NCBI GenBank assembly: GCA_002483445.1
Contig: DLHY01000007.1
Span: forward strand, 86,114 to 150,113
DNA from: Blastocatellia bacterium UBA7656
GTDB taxonomy: Bacteria; Acidobacteriota; Blastocatellia; UBA7656
Direction of reading: 5' to 3'
Length of the DNA stretch: 64,000 nt
The notes under the pieces were generated by a model. That model was given only the letters and a program-made list of their open reading frames with translations, had not been told where the DNA came from and searched no databases. The position numbers were made by a program, and so were the translations under genes. Shown here in pieces: positions 1-9,829 of the stretch (position 1 is its first letter; each line of letters starts with the position of its first letter).

Positions 1-731
1 TCATTGACAGGTATAATCTGGCTCAGGCTCAGGCATTGCTTTATCGCTGCACGGAAATCGATCTGAGAGTCGCCCCCCAGGAGCAGGTGGAGTATCGCCG
101 TTTGTTCGACGCGATAAAAAATTATCGTTTGATTCACCTGATTCGCGGCAGCGCGAAGGAAGGGTATGAGATAAAACTGAGCGGGCCGGTTTCGATTTTT
201 CATCGCTCGCAGAAGTACGGCATTCAGATGGCGGTATTTCTTCCCGCGCTCATCGCGTGTCGGGGTTGGAATATGAGGGCCGAGATCGATTTGAAAGAGC
301 GAGGCAGCGCATTCTTCGAACTAGACAGTCGCCAGAGCAGATTGCGTTCGGATTACTGGATTGAAACTATCGAAGCGAGTCCTGTCGCGGAAAAGTTCGC
401 GGCGCGATGGGCGGATGCGGAATGGAGGTTGGAGCGATGCGGCGAGGTGATCGATCTAGGAGGAGGCGCGTTCATTCCTGATTTCGTTTTGCAACGCAAT
501 GAAGCGGAAAAAGTTTATATCGAGATAATGGGGTTCTGGACGCCGAAATATCTGGCCGAACGATTGAAAGAATTCGAGCGCGCGGGCATGAAGAATTTCA
601 TTCTCGCCGTATCGGATGATCTGCGCGGCAGTCGCGAAGCCCCCCTGAGTCTTCCGCCCAGTGTCGTGACATTCAAGAGCGCGCTCGATCCGAGAGAAGT
701 AAAGTTGGCGATGGAGCGAATATCGGTATAA
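1..731 (+). CDS. DUF790-like (Bax1-type, restriction-endonuclease fold) nuclease, 5'-truncated by window edge
   Basis: The frame stays open back to position 1. The C-terminal motif ...AFIPDFVL...EKVYIEIMGFWTPKYLAERL... resembles DUF790/Bax1 nuclease proteins, which usually pair with an XPB/Rad25 helicase. Confidence 0.5.
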   Translation, partial: IDRYNLAQAQALLYRCTEIDLRVAPQEQVEYRRLFDAIKNYRLIHLIRGSAKEGYEIKLSGPVSIFHRSQKYGIQMAVFLPALIACRGWNMRAEIDLKERGSAFFELDSRQSRLRSDYWIETIEASPVAEKFAARWADAEWRLERCGEVIDLGGGAFIPDFVLQRNEAEKVYIEIMGFWTPKYLAERLKEFERAGMKNFILAVSDDLRGSREAPLSLPPSVVTFKSALDPREVKLAMERISV

Positions 732-778
732 GCTGATGCGCGTCGCTTACGCAATTCACTAGAACAGGGAGAGCATTT

Positions 779-1831
779 ATGACAAACGCGGACGAGCAAC
801 TCCGAAAGGCCGCTTCTGATGGAAATCTGAGCGGCGTAATCGAAGCGTTGATCGGCGGAGCCGACGTGAATGCGCGCGGGCAGTTCGGCGACACGGCATT
901 GAATGAAGCCGCCGAATACGGCCACATCGAAGTCGTGAAGCATCTCGTCGAATCGGGAGCGGACATTCACAACAAGGGCGGGGCCGACAAGACTCCCATC
1001 ATGAACGCCGCTTTCGCCGGCCACGTCCCCGTCGTGCGATTGCTGCTCGAACACGGGGCGACGATCAACAATGACCTCTTGTCGAGCGTTCAACTCAAGG
1101 TCAGCATACTCGAAGAAAACGCAGAAGCGGGAATGGTGAGACCAGAAGCGGTCGATGCATGGAAAGGGTTTCTCAATTTTCTGATCGCGGCGCGGCTCAA
1201 ACAGGACTTGCCGGAAATCATAGAAGGGTTGTCCGCCCAGGACGCGGAAGAAAAAAAGAACGCCCTTGAGCGCATAGAGTCTGCCGCGAATCGCGGGGTC
1301 GATATTTCAGCCGCTGTGTCTCGGCTCAGTGAAATGATTTCGGACGAAGACGCGGAGACGCGAGGCGCGGCAGGCGCGGCGCTATCGATGCACTATGCCC
1401 GGTCTCAGGACTGGGATCGCCTCCGCGAGTTGTTCGGAACCGGAGATCAGGAAGTGAAGATCGGCGCTATCCCTTCGCTGGTTTACTCGGCGCGAGACAA
1501 GCTCGATGTGTCGCCGATGCTATCGACGATGGTGAATCTTTTGAGCGAGAGTTCACTCAATCTGCGGCACGATGCGGCCATCACTTTGGGCTATGCCGCG
1601 ACCAACGGAATCGATGTATCGAGCGCGATTCCTCAGATAACCAATCTGCTTTCAGATGTGGAGTCTGACGCGCGAAAGATGGCGGCGTGGGCTTTATACC
1701 GAATAGCGAAATACATCTGCGATATCTCCGCATCGGTTCCTGCGCTTCAATCGCTCGCCTCGGATGAAGACGAAGGCGTGCGCGAGATGGCAGCGGAAGC
1801 GTTGACTATGAACGAATCACGGCAAGTGTAA
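779..1831 (+). CDS. ankyrin-repeat / HEAT (PBS-lyase-like) repeat protein
   Basis: The N-terminus has three ankyrin repeats (GADVNARGQFGDTALNEAAEYGHIEVVKHLVESGADIHNK...) and the C-terminus has repeated HEAT-like units (DEDAETRGAAGAALS, NLRHDAAITLGYAAT, SDARKMAAWALYRIA, DEDEGVREMAAEALT). A Shine-Dalgarno GGGAGAG precedes the ATG. Confidence 0.8.
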   Translation: MTNADEQLRKAASDGNLSGVIEALIGGADVNARGQFGDTALNEAAEYGHIEVVKHLVESGADIHNKGGADKTPIMNAAFAGHVPVVRLLLEHGATINNDLLSSVQLKVSILEENAEAGMVRPEAVDAWKGFLNFLIAARLKQDLPEIIEGLSAQDAEEKKNALERIESAANRGVDISAAVSRLSEMISDEDAETRGAAGAALSMHYARSQDWDRLRELFGTGDQEVKIGAIPSLVYSARDKLDVSPMLSTMVNLLSESSLNLRHDAAITLGYAATNGIDVSSAIPQITNLLSDVESDARKMAAWALYRIAKYICDISASVPALQSLASDEDEGVREMAAEALTMNESRQV

Positions 1832-1833
1832 AA

Positions 1834-3957
1834 CTACCTCCGCTGAAACTCCGCAGAACCAAGCAGCAAAGAAATCGTCTGAGCCACGCGGCGCGATGCC
1901 GCAGGGTCGAGTTTCGAGCGAGTCATCATCGCCGGATTTGTCTCTCTCGATGCGCGAAGCGCGCGATCATCGACCATCGCGGGTTTAGGTTGCGGAGGAG
2001 GTTCGCTCAGACCTGCGCGCACTGCGCGGCGGCTCTCCGGGGAAAGATCGGTGTGAAGAATCAATGCAGCAAGCTTGTTCGTGAGCAGGTCTGCGTCCGT
2101 TATCGCGTCGGCGGAAACCAGTCGCGCAGGATCGTAACTCGTTCCCGCAACCTGACCCGTAGCCATCGCCGTCAGAAAATTTATTCGGTTGATAAACACT
2201 CCCGCGCTGATCCACGCTTGTGAGTTTTCGCTGTAGCCGGTCGGCGAGGGTTGTTGATAGAGCGGCTGGCCCATGCGACGAATCCATTCGTGAAGCGCAG
2301 GCGAGCCGTTCGTGTCCGCGTCAATCGCCCGAATAGCAGACGCGGCAAGCTCAAGCGGCGATTTCACCTTCGAGCGAAACGACGCGGGCGAATAAAACTC
2401 GGGCGACGCGAAAATCGCGCGCAGCACTTCGCGGATGTCGCCGTCGGTTTTCAAAAATACCTGCGCTATGCGCTCCACGAGTTGCATTGAAGGATTGTCC
2501 GAGATGAATCGCTGGCAGAGTTTTTTAGATATGAATCGCGCAGTCGAAGGATGGCGCGCGAGAATATCTATCACGCGGCGACCGTCAAGGATGCCGCAGC
2601 CCGACTTAATGCTTACGCCCAGCACGGTCTTCGCTCCCGCATCGTGCATCCACGGGCGAAAGAGGAAGCCTCCGCCTTGAAACGGGCGATCAATAGTCCA
2701 GCCCGTCAGACATCGCGCCACTTCCCGAACATCCCGCTCGGTGTATCCGCCATCGACTCCGAGGGTGTGAAGTTCCATCAACTCGCGGGCATAGTTTTCG
2801 TTGATATCCCTTCGTCGCTCAGGCGGGCGAGGCGGTTGATTGATCATCGCCGTGATATCGTTTTGCGGCATCATCGCGGGCGGCGCGGAATTGACTCCCG
2901 GAGCCGGTTGTGCGTTTTGCAGTCTGGGAGGCTGATTGGTCGACGGGCGAGGCTCGCGGGCGTCAGGCGCGGCTGAAAGCCAGTTGTCGAGGTAGTAAAG
3001 CATCGCGGGGCTTTCGGCTACCGCTTGAAGCAGATCGCGGAATCGCCCGAAGGAGTTCGGCCTGATCACGTCTCGCTCGAAGGCGGTGACCATCCAATGC
3101 ACGGCGTCTTTTTGCGCGAAGACGTTGAAGTGATTGAACCAGAAATCCGTCATCACCTCCTGAAGCTGTCGGTTGGCGGACGCGGCGCGAACGAGTTTCT
3201 GTTGAACGAGTTCGACGTAAATCTGAGTCGGGCGACCAAAGACAGGCGGCGGGTTGGGCTGCTTTTCGCGCGCTTCGATGACGTTGGGCGGCGGATAGAA
3301 CTGGTAAAGCTCCGAAGAAGTCATCCTCAGAGTCGAAAGCGCCGAAAGCCTCTGTTCGAGATCGCTGTCGTCTATCGTTTCGGGATTCAACTGCTCTTCG
3401 AGAAATTTGTTTATGCCGATCAATCGCACGCGCTCGGCATCTCCCGGGCGCGGCCCGAAGGTCGCGCGATTGAGCAGATGGATTATCTTTTGATCTTCGG
3501 TCAACCGTTGAGCGCGACCAACTGACGGGATGAGCTTTTCGGAATCGGCGAGAGCCGCGCTCACCGTCGACCGCGCGCGCGGAGCGATGTTGACAGCCAC
3601 GAACGGCGGCGGTATCGGAACAGGCAGGCGGGCGTTGAGAGTTGCGAGTTTGGTTTTCTGCTCGTCTGTCAGATGAGTGGAGAACTCTTCTCGAAATGCG
3701 CGCTGCTCCTGCTCGGCATCCATTTGAAGCTGAGGCGAAAAGGGCTGCGACCGGGCGCGGCGTTGAAGTTCGAAAACCCTGGGCGCGTGAGCGGCGAGAA
3801 TCTGCCGGAGCGCCGCGATCTGATCGGACGTGAGCGCGAGAGCCTGACTGATTCGCGTTATCATAGGCTCGAACAATCGCGCGTCCTGCTGCGCTCTGAC
3901 AGTCGGCGCGATAATCGCGCACGAAAGAATGAAGGGGAGAAGCCATCTCAATCGCAT
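1834..3957 (-). CDS. secreted DUF1800 family protein with N-terminal LTXXQ (CpxP/Spy-like) motif region
   Basis: DUF1800 hallmarks are present: LLNRATFGPRPGD, FWFNHFNVF, ENYARELMELHTLGVDGGYTE. LTxxQ motifs (LTSDQIAAL, LTDEQKTKL) follow a signal peptide (MRLRWLLPFILSCAIIAPTVRAQQ). The start was moved to the ATG at 3957, which has a GGAGG Shine-Dalgarno; the longer ORF-track start at 4215 is probably an over-extension. Confidence 0.8.
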   Translation of the reverse strand: MRLRWLLPFILSCAIIAPTVRAQQDARLFEPMITRISQALALTSDQIAALRQILAAHAPRVFELQRRARSQPFSPQLQMDAEQEQRAFREEFSTHLTDEQKTKLATLNARLPVPIPPPFVAVNIAPRARSTVSAALADSEKLIPSVGRAQRLTEDQKIIHLLNRATFGPRPGDAERVRLIGINKFLEEQLNPETIDDSDLEQRLSALSTLRMTSSELYQFYPPPNVIEAREKQPNPPPVFGRPTQIYVELVQQKLVRAASANRQLQEVMTDFWFNHFNVFAQKDAVHWMVTAFERDVIRPNSFGRFRDLLQAVAESPAMLYYLDNWLSAAPDAREPRPSTNQPPRLQNAQPAPGVNSAPPAMMPQNDITAMINQPPRPPERRRDINENYARELMELHTLGVDGGYTERDVREVARCLTGWTIDRPFQGGGFLFRPWMHDAGAKTVLGVSIKSGCGILDGRRVIDILARHPSTARFISKKLCQRFISDNPSMQLVERIAQVFLKTDGDIREVLRAIFASPEFYSPASFRSKVKSPLELAASAIRAIDADTNGSPALHEWIRRMGQPLYQQPSPTGYSENSQAWISAGVFINRINFLTAMATGQVAGTSYDPARLVSADAITDADLLTNKLAALILHTDLSPESRRAVRAGLSEPPPQPKPAMVDDRALRASRETNPAMMTRSKLDPAASRRVAQTISLLLGSAEFQRR

Positions 3958-4449
3958 AGCGCCCTCCTGCGAATCGATAATCGGGAGATGACCTGATGGT
4001 ATACCAAATTCGCGAATGATGGAACAGCCCCGGCGCGGCTGCCCGAAAGGCTTTATCAACCGAAAAATCTGGCGTATATTAGCTCTGGCTTTTGTCTCAG
4101 GTGTCTTTTGAGCCGTTTGCTCGACACAAGGCGAGAGGGTGCATAAAAGATCGAAGGCGTCACAATGAGCGCAACTCTTCCATAGGCTTCCAATCGTCTC
4201 AACAACGCCTTCCATCAGGAGTACAGATCAGACAGCAGGGAAAAGATAGTCGAATTTTCCCTCTGCCCCCGAAATCAGGATATCTGCAAAGCTACAGCGC
4301 GCGACTACAGCGCTGTCAGGCTGTCGATTCCCCAGGGCTGGTAGACATCTCCCTCTGACATGCAGTTTCACAGCAGTGAAATTGCGCTCAGACGCCAGGT
4401 CTGAAATCAAGGTCAGAGCGTCAGGAAAGAGCAAAGGAAACCTAAGCTT

Positions 4450-7400
4450 ATGACCGGCAGGCATATTCTCATCGTCGAAGACGAAAGCGCGACTGCGGAA
4501 AATCTGAGGGCCAGCCTTGAACAGTTCGGCTATGATGCGGCTGTTGCCCGCACAAAAGAGGAGGCCGTCAGCAAAGCTCAGGAACATCGCCCCGACCTTT
4601 TGCTCATCGATGCCGCGCTGGACGAAGACGATGGGGTAGAGGCGGCGATCAGGGTACAGGCATCGTGCAATGCTCCAGTCGTGTACCTAGCCGATTACTC
4701 CGATGAAAAGTCTCTGGAGAGGATCAGAATCGCCGAGCATAATGGGTATGTCTCCAAGCCTTATGAGGAGAAGGAACTGCGCGTGGCGCTTGAGATGGCT
4801 CTCTATGATCACAGCAATCTGCTGGCGCGGGCGGAGGAAAAGATTGAGGCGAGCGAGAAGAAGTTTCAGAGCCTTTTGGAATCCGCGCCTGACGGAATGG
4901 TGGTGAGCGATCAGCAGGGAATCATCCTGATGGTCAACGGTCAGGCTGAAAAGATGTTCGGATACGGGGCCGATGAATTGCTCGGACAGCCGATTGAAAT
5001 GCTGCTGTCGGAGCGAATCAGACAGGCGCACGTCGAGCATCGCGAAAAATATTACGCCAGCGGCGTCACACGCCCCATGGGAACGGGGCTGGACATCTAT
5101 GCAAAACGCAGGGATGGAAGCAAGTTTCTTGTCGACATAAGTCTCAGCACGCTCAAATCGGACGGCGGTTTTCTCGTCACCAGCACCATCCGCGACGTAA
5201 CCATTCGCAAACGCGTTGAACAAACTCTGCGCAATAGTGAAAAGTTCGTCAGTTCGGTGCTCAATTCGCTCGCGGCCAATATAGCGGTCATAAACAAAAG
5301 GGGTGATATTCTGGCGGTCAATCAGACGTGGGAACAGTTCGCTCGCGATAATGATGGCGCGGATATTTCCCGCATCTGGGTTGGAGCAAATTACCTGGAG
5401 GCAATCCGCAAGGCTGAAGGTACGTTTGCCGAAGAAGCGCCTCGCGCGCTTGCAGGAATTCAGGCAGTGCTCAACGGCGAAACGGAGGAATTCTCTCTGG
5501 AGTATCCGTGTCATTCGGCGGACGAGAAACGATGGTTTCTGATGTACGCAACTCCGCTTGCGACCGAAGAGGGCGGCGCGGTCATCTCGCATTTCAACAT
5601 CACCGAGCGCAAGCAGGCTGAAGAAGCCCTGCGCGAAAGCGAATCCCTCTTTCGCGCTCTGGCCGAGACTTCCTCAGCGGCAATCTACATCTACCGGGGA
5701 TCGAAATACCTGTATGCAAGTCCGAGCGCCGAAACGATGACCGGCTACACGCGGGACGAGTTGCTCTCGATGGATATATCGGGGCCGATTCATCCCGATC
5801 ACCGGGAGCTTGTGAGAAAGCGATCTGAGGCTCGGCAGCGCGGCGAGCAGGTTCCTGCGCGCTATGAGGTCAGGCTGTTGACCAAAACGGGCGAGGAGCG
5901 ATGGGCTGATATAAGCGCGGCTCCCATACTGTTTCAGGGCGAGATGGCGGTGATTGTGACTTCCTTCGACATCACCGAGCGAAAGCAGGCCGAAGAGGCT
6001 ATGCGCAACCTGGTTGCGGGAACGGCTTCGGTGACTGGCGAAGAGTTTTTCGCCACATTCGTCCGGCATCTGGCGGCCTCGCTCGGCGTCCGCTACTCGA
6101 TACTGACCGAAACGGTCGACGACCGGAAAGACAGGCTGCGTATTCTGGCATCATGGGGAAGCGACAAGTTCCTGCCCAACATCGAGTACCAAGTCGCAGG
6201 CACGCCCTGCGAAGAAGTCATCAAAGAGGGCAGAGTAGTTTATTATCCCGACCACCTTCAGCAACTCTTCAGCCAGGACAGCGACCTGGTTGAGATGGAA
6301 GCGGAGAGCTATCTCGCCGCTCCACTCATCAGCCAGGCAGGGGCGACACTGGGCCATCTTTGCATCATCGATGACAAGCCGCTGCTCAACGCCGAGATGG
6401 CCCGTTCTCTGATAAGCATATTCGCGGCGAGGGCTTCAGCAGAGCTTGAGCGCAAGCGAACCGAAGAAGCCCTGCGAAAAAGCGAGGAGCGATTATCGCT
6501 GGCCCTCGATGCTGCAAGCGTGGGAACGTGGGACTGGAATTTAGTCACCGGGAAGATCATCTGGGGCGGTCATCATCACACGCTGTTCGGTTTTTCCGAA
6601 GGTCGATTCGATGGCACTTATGAGAAATTCGAGCTATGCGTTCATCCCGATGATATGGCATCGCTCAACGTCGCAGTCGCGCGAGCCAGAGATAATCACG
6701 CAGAATACGATCACGAATTCCGCGTCGTATGGCCCGACGGTTCGATCCACTGGGTTCACGGCATGGGAGCGTTTCATTACGACCAGCAGGGGCGTCCAGT
6801 AAGGATGGTCGGCGCAGTCGTCGATACGACCGAGCGCAGGAAGGCTGAAGAAGCGTTGCGCAATCTGGTGGAGGGGACGGCTTCGGCCACGGGAGAAGAG
6901 TTCTTCACCACGCTGGTTCGCCATCTGGCCGCCGCGCTCGATGTCCGCTATGCCATGCTGACCGAATCGATGGACAGCGAAGCGAAGAAGTTGCGCATTC
7001 CCGCCTGCTGGGCAGGCGACAGATTGATGCCCGACTTCGAACAAACCAATCCCAACACTCCCTGCGGCGCGGCCATCAGAGAGAAAAAGACCGTCTACTA
7101 CAAGGATCGCCTTCAGCAGCATTTTCCCGATGTCAAAGCGTTCGCTGATATGGGAGCCGTGAGCTATCTCGGCATTCCGCTTGTGAACAGATCGGGAAAA
7201 GCTCTGGGCAGTCTTTGCATTTTCGACGACAAGCCGCTGGCGGATGTCGCGCTTGCCGAATCGATTCTGAGCATATTCGCCGCGCGGGCTTCGGCTGAGA
7301 TGGAGCGCAAGCAGGCAGAGGAGTCTCTGCGACAGGCTGAAGAGCGTTATCGCTCGATCGTGGAAAACGCCGCTTATGGCATATTGCTTTCGACTCCCTC

Positions 7401-8850
7401 GGGCCGATTCCTCGCAGTCAATCCCGCAATGGTCGCGATGCTGGGCTATGAATCAGCCGAAGAATTGATGAAGGTCAACATCTCAACCGACATCTACGTC
7501 AACCCGGAAGACCGGACGCGACTAATCGAGCGTTACGTGCCGGAAGGAAGGATCGAAAACGTCGAAGTTGACTGGAAACGCAAGGACGGCTCGCTGATCA
7601 CGGTCAAGCTCAGAGGTCGCCTGATCGAGGACGAGGAGGGTAAACCCGAAAGCTTCGAGATACTGGTGGAAGATGTCACCGAGCGACGACATCTCGAAGC
7701 TCAGCTTCGCCAGTCTCAAAGGATGGAATCCATCGGTCAGCTTGCGGGCGGAGTGGCTCACGATTTCAACAATCTGCTCACGGCCATCATAGGCTATTCG
7801 GAAATCCTGTTGACGAACGTCAGCAGGGACGACCCGCGAAGAATGAGCGTGGAAGAAATCAGCCGCGCGGGCAAGCGCGCCGCCGAACTCACGCGCCAGT
7901 TGCTGGCCTTCAGCCGCAAGCAGATATTGCAACCCAGAATCATCAGCCTCAATTCAGTCATCAGCGATCTGGAAAGGATGCTCAGTCGTCTCATCGGCGA
8001 GGACGTTGAAATGATAACGCGACTCGATCCCGACCTCGGACTGGTGAAAGCTGATCCGGGCCAGATCGAGCAGGTGATCATGAATCTGGTCGTCAACGCC
8101 CGCGACGCTATGCCTCAAGGCGGCGTGCTTATGATCGAAACCATGAACGCAGAGCTTGACGAGAGCTACGCGCGCCGTCACATAGGCGTCGAGCCGGGGC
8201 CGTATGTGCTGACGGCGATAAGCGACACCGGAATAGGAATGGGCGAAGAAACTCAATCGCACATCTTCGAGCCTTTCTTCACTACCAAAGAACAGGGCAA
8301 GGGAACGGGCCTCGGCCTTTCGACCGTCTACGGCATAATCAAACAAAGCGGCGGCAATATATGGGTATACAGTGAAGCAGACAAGGGAACCACCTTCAAG
8401 ATATACCTGCCAAGAGTAAATGAAGAAGAGACAGACGAGGAGGCGGAAGCGAAGCAGATAGAAACGCCGTGCGGCTCGGAAACCATACTCATAGTCGAAG
8501 ACGAAGACCTTGTGCGCAGGCTGGCGGTTGATGTGCTTGAGGATATCGGCTACAGAGTTCACGAAGCGAAAGACGGTTTTGAGGCGCTTGAAATCTGCGA
8601 GCAGCGCAGCGAGCCGATTCATCTTATGCTCACAGATGTAGTGATGCCGCAGATGAGCGGTCGCGATCTGGCTCGAAGGGTTGCCGGCCTCAGACCTGAG
8701 ATGAAAACGCTTTACATGTCAGGCTACACCGGGACGGCTATCGTCAGTCAAAACATCATCGATGCCGAGAAGGCTTTCCTCCAAAAACCGTTCACGCCTA
8801 AGAGTCTTGCGCAAAAGGTTCGCGAGGCGCTCGATGCCAAAAGCGATTAG
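4450..8850 (+). CDS. hybrid sensor histidine kinase (REC–PAS×n–GAF×2–HisKA–HATPase_c–REC), 1466 aa
   Basis: N-terminal receiver (ILIVEDE...D). Several PAS and GAF blocks, including an internal tandem duplication (ITERKQAEEALRNLV.GTAS.TGEEFF..VRHLAA). HisKA H-box (VAHDFNNLL), HATPase_c (GIGMGEETQSHIFEPFFTTK...GTGLGLS), and a C-terminal receiver (ILIVEDEDLVRR...LMLTDVVMPQMSG). Confidence 0.9.
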   Translation: MTGRHILIVEDESATAENLRASLEQFGYDAAVARTKEEAVSKAQEHRPDLLLIDAALDEDDGVEAAIRVQASCNAPVVYLADYSDEKSLERIRIAEHNGYVSKPYEEKELRVALEMALYDHSNLLARAEEKIEASEKKFQSLLESAPDGMVVSDQQGIILMVNGQAEKMFGYGADELLGQPIEMLLSERIRQAHVEHREKYYASGVTRPMGTGLDIYAKRRDGSKFLVDISLSTLKSDGGFLVTSTIRDVTIRKRVEQTLRNSEKFVSSVLNSLAANIAVINKRGDILAVNQTWEQFARDNDGADISRIWVGANYLEAIRKAEGTFAEEAPRALAGIQAVLNGETEEFSLEYPCHSADEKRWFLMYATPLATEEGGAVISHFNITERKQAEEALRESESLFRALAETSSAAIYIYRGSKYLYASPSAETMTGYTRDELLSMDISGPIHPDHRELVRKRSEARQRGEQVPARYEVRLLTKTGEERWADISAAPILFQGEMAVIVTSFDITERKQAEEAMRNLVAGTASVTGEEFFATFVRHLAASLGVRYSILTETVDDRKDRLRILASWGSDKFLPNIEYQVAGTPCEEVIKEGRVVYYPDHLQQLFSQDSDLVEMEAESYLAAPLISQAGATLGHLCIIDDKPLLNAEMARSLISIFAARASAELERKRTEEALRKSEERLSLALDAASVGTWDWNLVTGKIIWGGHHHTLFGFSEGRFDGTYEKFELCVHPDDMASLNVAVARARDNHAEYDHEFRVVWPDGSIHWVHGMGAFHYDQQGRPVRMVGAVVDTTERRKAEEALRNLVEGTASATGEEFFTTLVRHLAAALDVRYAMLTESMDSEAKKLRIPACWAGDRLMPDFEQTNPNTPCGAAIREKKTVYYKDRLQQHFPDVKAFADMGAVSYLGIPLVNRSGKALGSLCIFDDKPLADVALAESILSIFAARASAEMERKQAEESLRQAEERYRSIVENAAYGILLSTPSGRFLAVNPAMVAMLGYESAEELMKVNISTDIYVNPEDRTRLIERYVPEGRIENVEVDWKRKDGSLITVKLRGRLIEDEEGKPESFEILVEDVTERRHLEAQLRQSQRMESIGQLAGGVAHDFNNLLTAIIGYSEILLTNVSRDDPRRMSVEEISRAGKRAAELTRQLLAFSRKQILQPRIISLNSVISDLERMLSRLIGEDVEMITRLDPDLGLVKADPGQIEQVIMNLVVNARDAMPQGGVLMIETMNAELDESYARRHIGVEPGPYVLTAISDTGIGMGEETQSHIFEPFFTTKEQGKGTGLGLSTVYGIIKQSGGNIWVYSEADKGTTFKIYLPRVNEEETDEEAEAKQIETPCGSETILIVEDEDLVRRLAVDVLEDIGYRVHEAKDGFEALEICEQRSEPIHLMLTDVVMPQMSGRDLARRVAGLRPEMKTLYMSGYTGTAIVSQNIIDAEKAFLQKPFTPKSLAQKVREALDAKSD

Positions 8851-8955
8851 AAAGGCAAAAGGCAAAAACTGAAATCTTCGCGGCAGAAGGCGATTCCCTC
8901 AGAGTGAAAAAGCATCCCTACTTTTTCATTTTGCCTTTTTACTTTGCCTTCCTGC

Positions 8956-9675
8956 TCATGCGCCGAGATAAGCGGCCCTCACCCGTTCATCGTCCAGCAA
9001 CTCTCGGCCCGCGCCTTCCAGAACCACCCGCCCGTTTTCCAGCACGTAAGCGCGGTCGGCCAGTTTCAAACTCTGCTGGACGTTCTGCTCGACGAGCATC
9101 ACGGTGATTCCATCCCTGTTGAGCCTGCGTATTATGTCGAACATTTCGCGGACGATTATCGGCGCAAGTCCGAGGCTCGGCTCATCAAGCATCAGCAGTC
9201 GCGGGCGGGCCATCAATCCGCGCCCTATGGCTACCATCTGCTGCTCGCCGCCCGAAAGCGTGCCTGCCAGTTGTCGCTCGCGCTCTTTGAGTTTAGGAAA
9301 GAGAGAAAAGACCTCATCGATGGTGTCTGAGTGATGACGGCGAGCCGCGGGGCTTATGGCTCCAAGCTCAAGATTTTCTCTTACGGTCATCATCGGAAAG
9401 AGCCTTCGGCCTTCCGGCACATGAGCTATGCCGCGCGCCGCTACTTTGTGCGATGGCAGTTTTTCGATATGTTCGCCGTCGAAAATTATCTGGCCCGATG
9501 CGCAGGCAACCGCGCTCGATATTGTTTTCAGAGTGGTAGTCTTTCCTGCGCCGTTGGCTCCGACGATGGTGGCGATCTCTCCTTCGCGCACAGCGAGCGA
9601 GACTCCCCAGAGTACCTGAACGTCGCCGTATCGAGCGGTCACATCGCGGAGTTCGAGCAGAGTTTTTTCTTTCAA
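8956..9675 (-). CDS. livF: LivF-like branched-chain amino acid ABC transporter ATP-binding protein (orphan)
   Basis: Walker A (GANGAGKTTTLKTISS), ABC signature (LSGGEQQMVAIGRGL), Walker B (LLMLDEPSLGLAP). The probable start is a TTG giving MKEKTLLELRDV..., preceded by GGAGA; the ORF-track ATG at 9807 adds an unlikely 44-aa extension. No LivG/H/M/K partners are nearby. Confidence 0.75.
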   Translation of the reverse strand: MKEKTLLELRDVTARYGDVQVLWGVSLAVREGEIATIVGANGAGKTTTLKTISSAVACASGQIIFDGEHIEKLPSHKVAARGIAHVPEGRRLFPMMTVRENLELGAISPAARRHHSDTIDEVFSLFPKLKERERQLAGTLSGGEQQMVAIGRGLMARPRLLMLDEPSLGLAPIIVREMFDIIRRLNRDGITVMLVEQNVQQSLKLADRAYVLENGRVVLEGAGRELLDDERVRAAYLGA

Positions 9676-9829
9676 TCCATTCTCCGAAAGAGATTGTGTC
9701 GAGGCGGACGAGTCAATATAAGGTGTCGAATGAAAAGACACAAGCGCAGGAGAGAATTGATTCTGCCGCGGTTGACACTTCCCCGCTCGCTTTGCTAGTT
9801 TACCCATTCCTTCGCGAGAAGGAATTTGA

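Noticed and set aside
2963-3946. 327-aa ORF, Arg/Ser-rich, on the minus strand
   Set aside because: It overlaps the DUF1800 gene in another frame and has low-complexity composition, so it is spurious.
8904-9107. 67-aa ORF beginning MKKHPYFFILPFYFAFLL
   Set aside because: It is a translation of the AT-rich TTTTGCC-repeat terminator region and overlaps the 3' end of the LivF-like gene.
9760-9805. Possible sigma-70 promoter (TTGACA at 9773) upstream of the intron-containing tRNA
   Set aside because: There is a good -35 but no convincing -10 hexamer at 16-18 bp spacing, so it is too weak to call from sequence alone.
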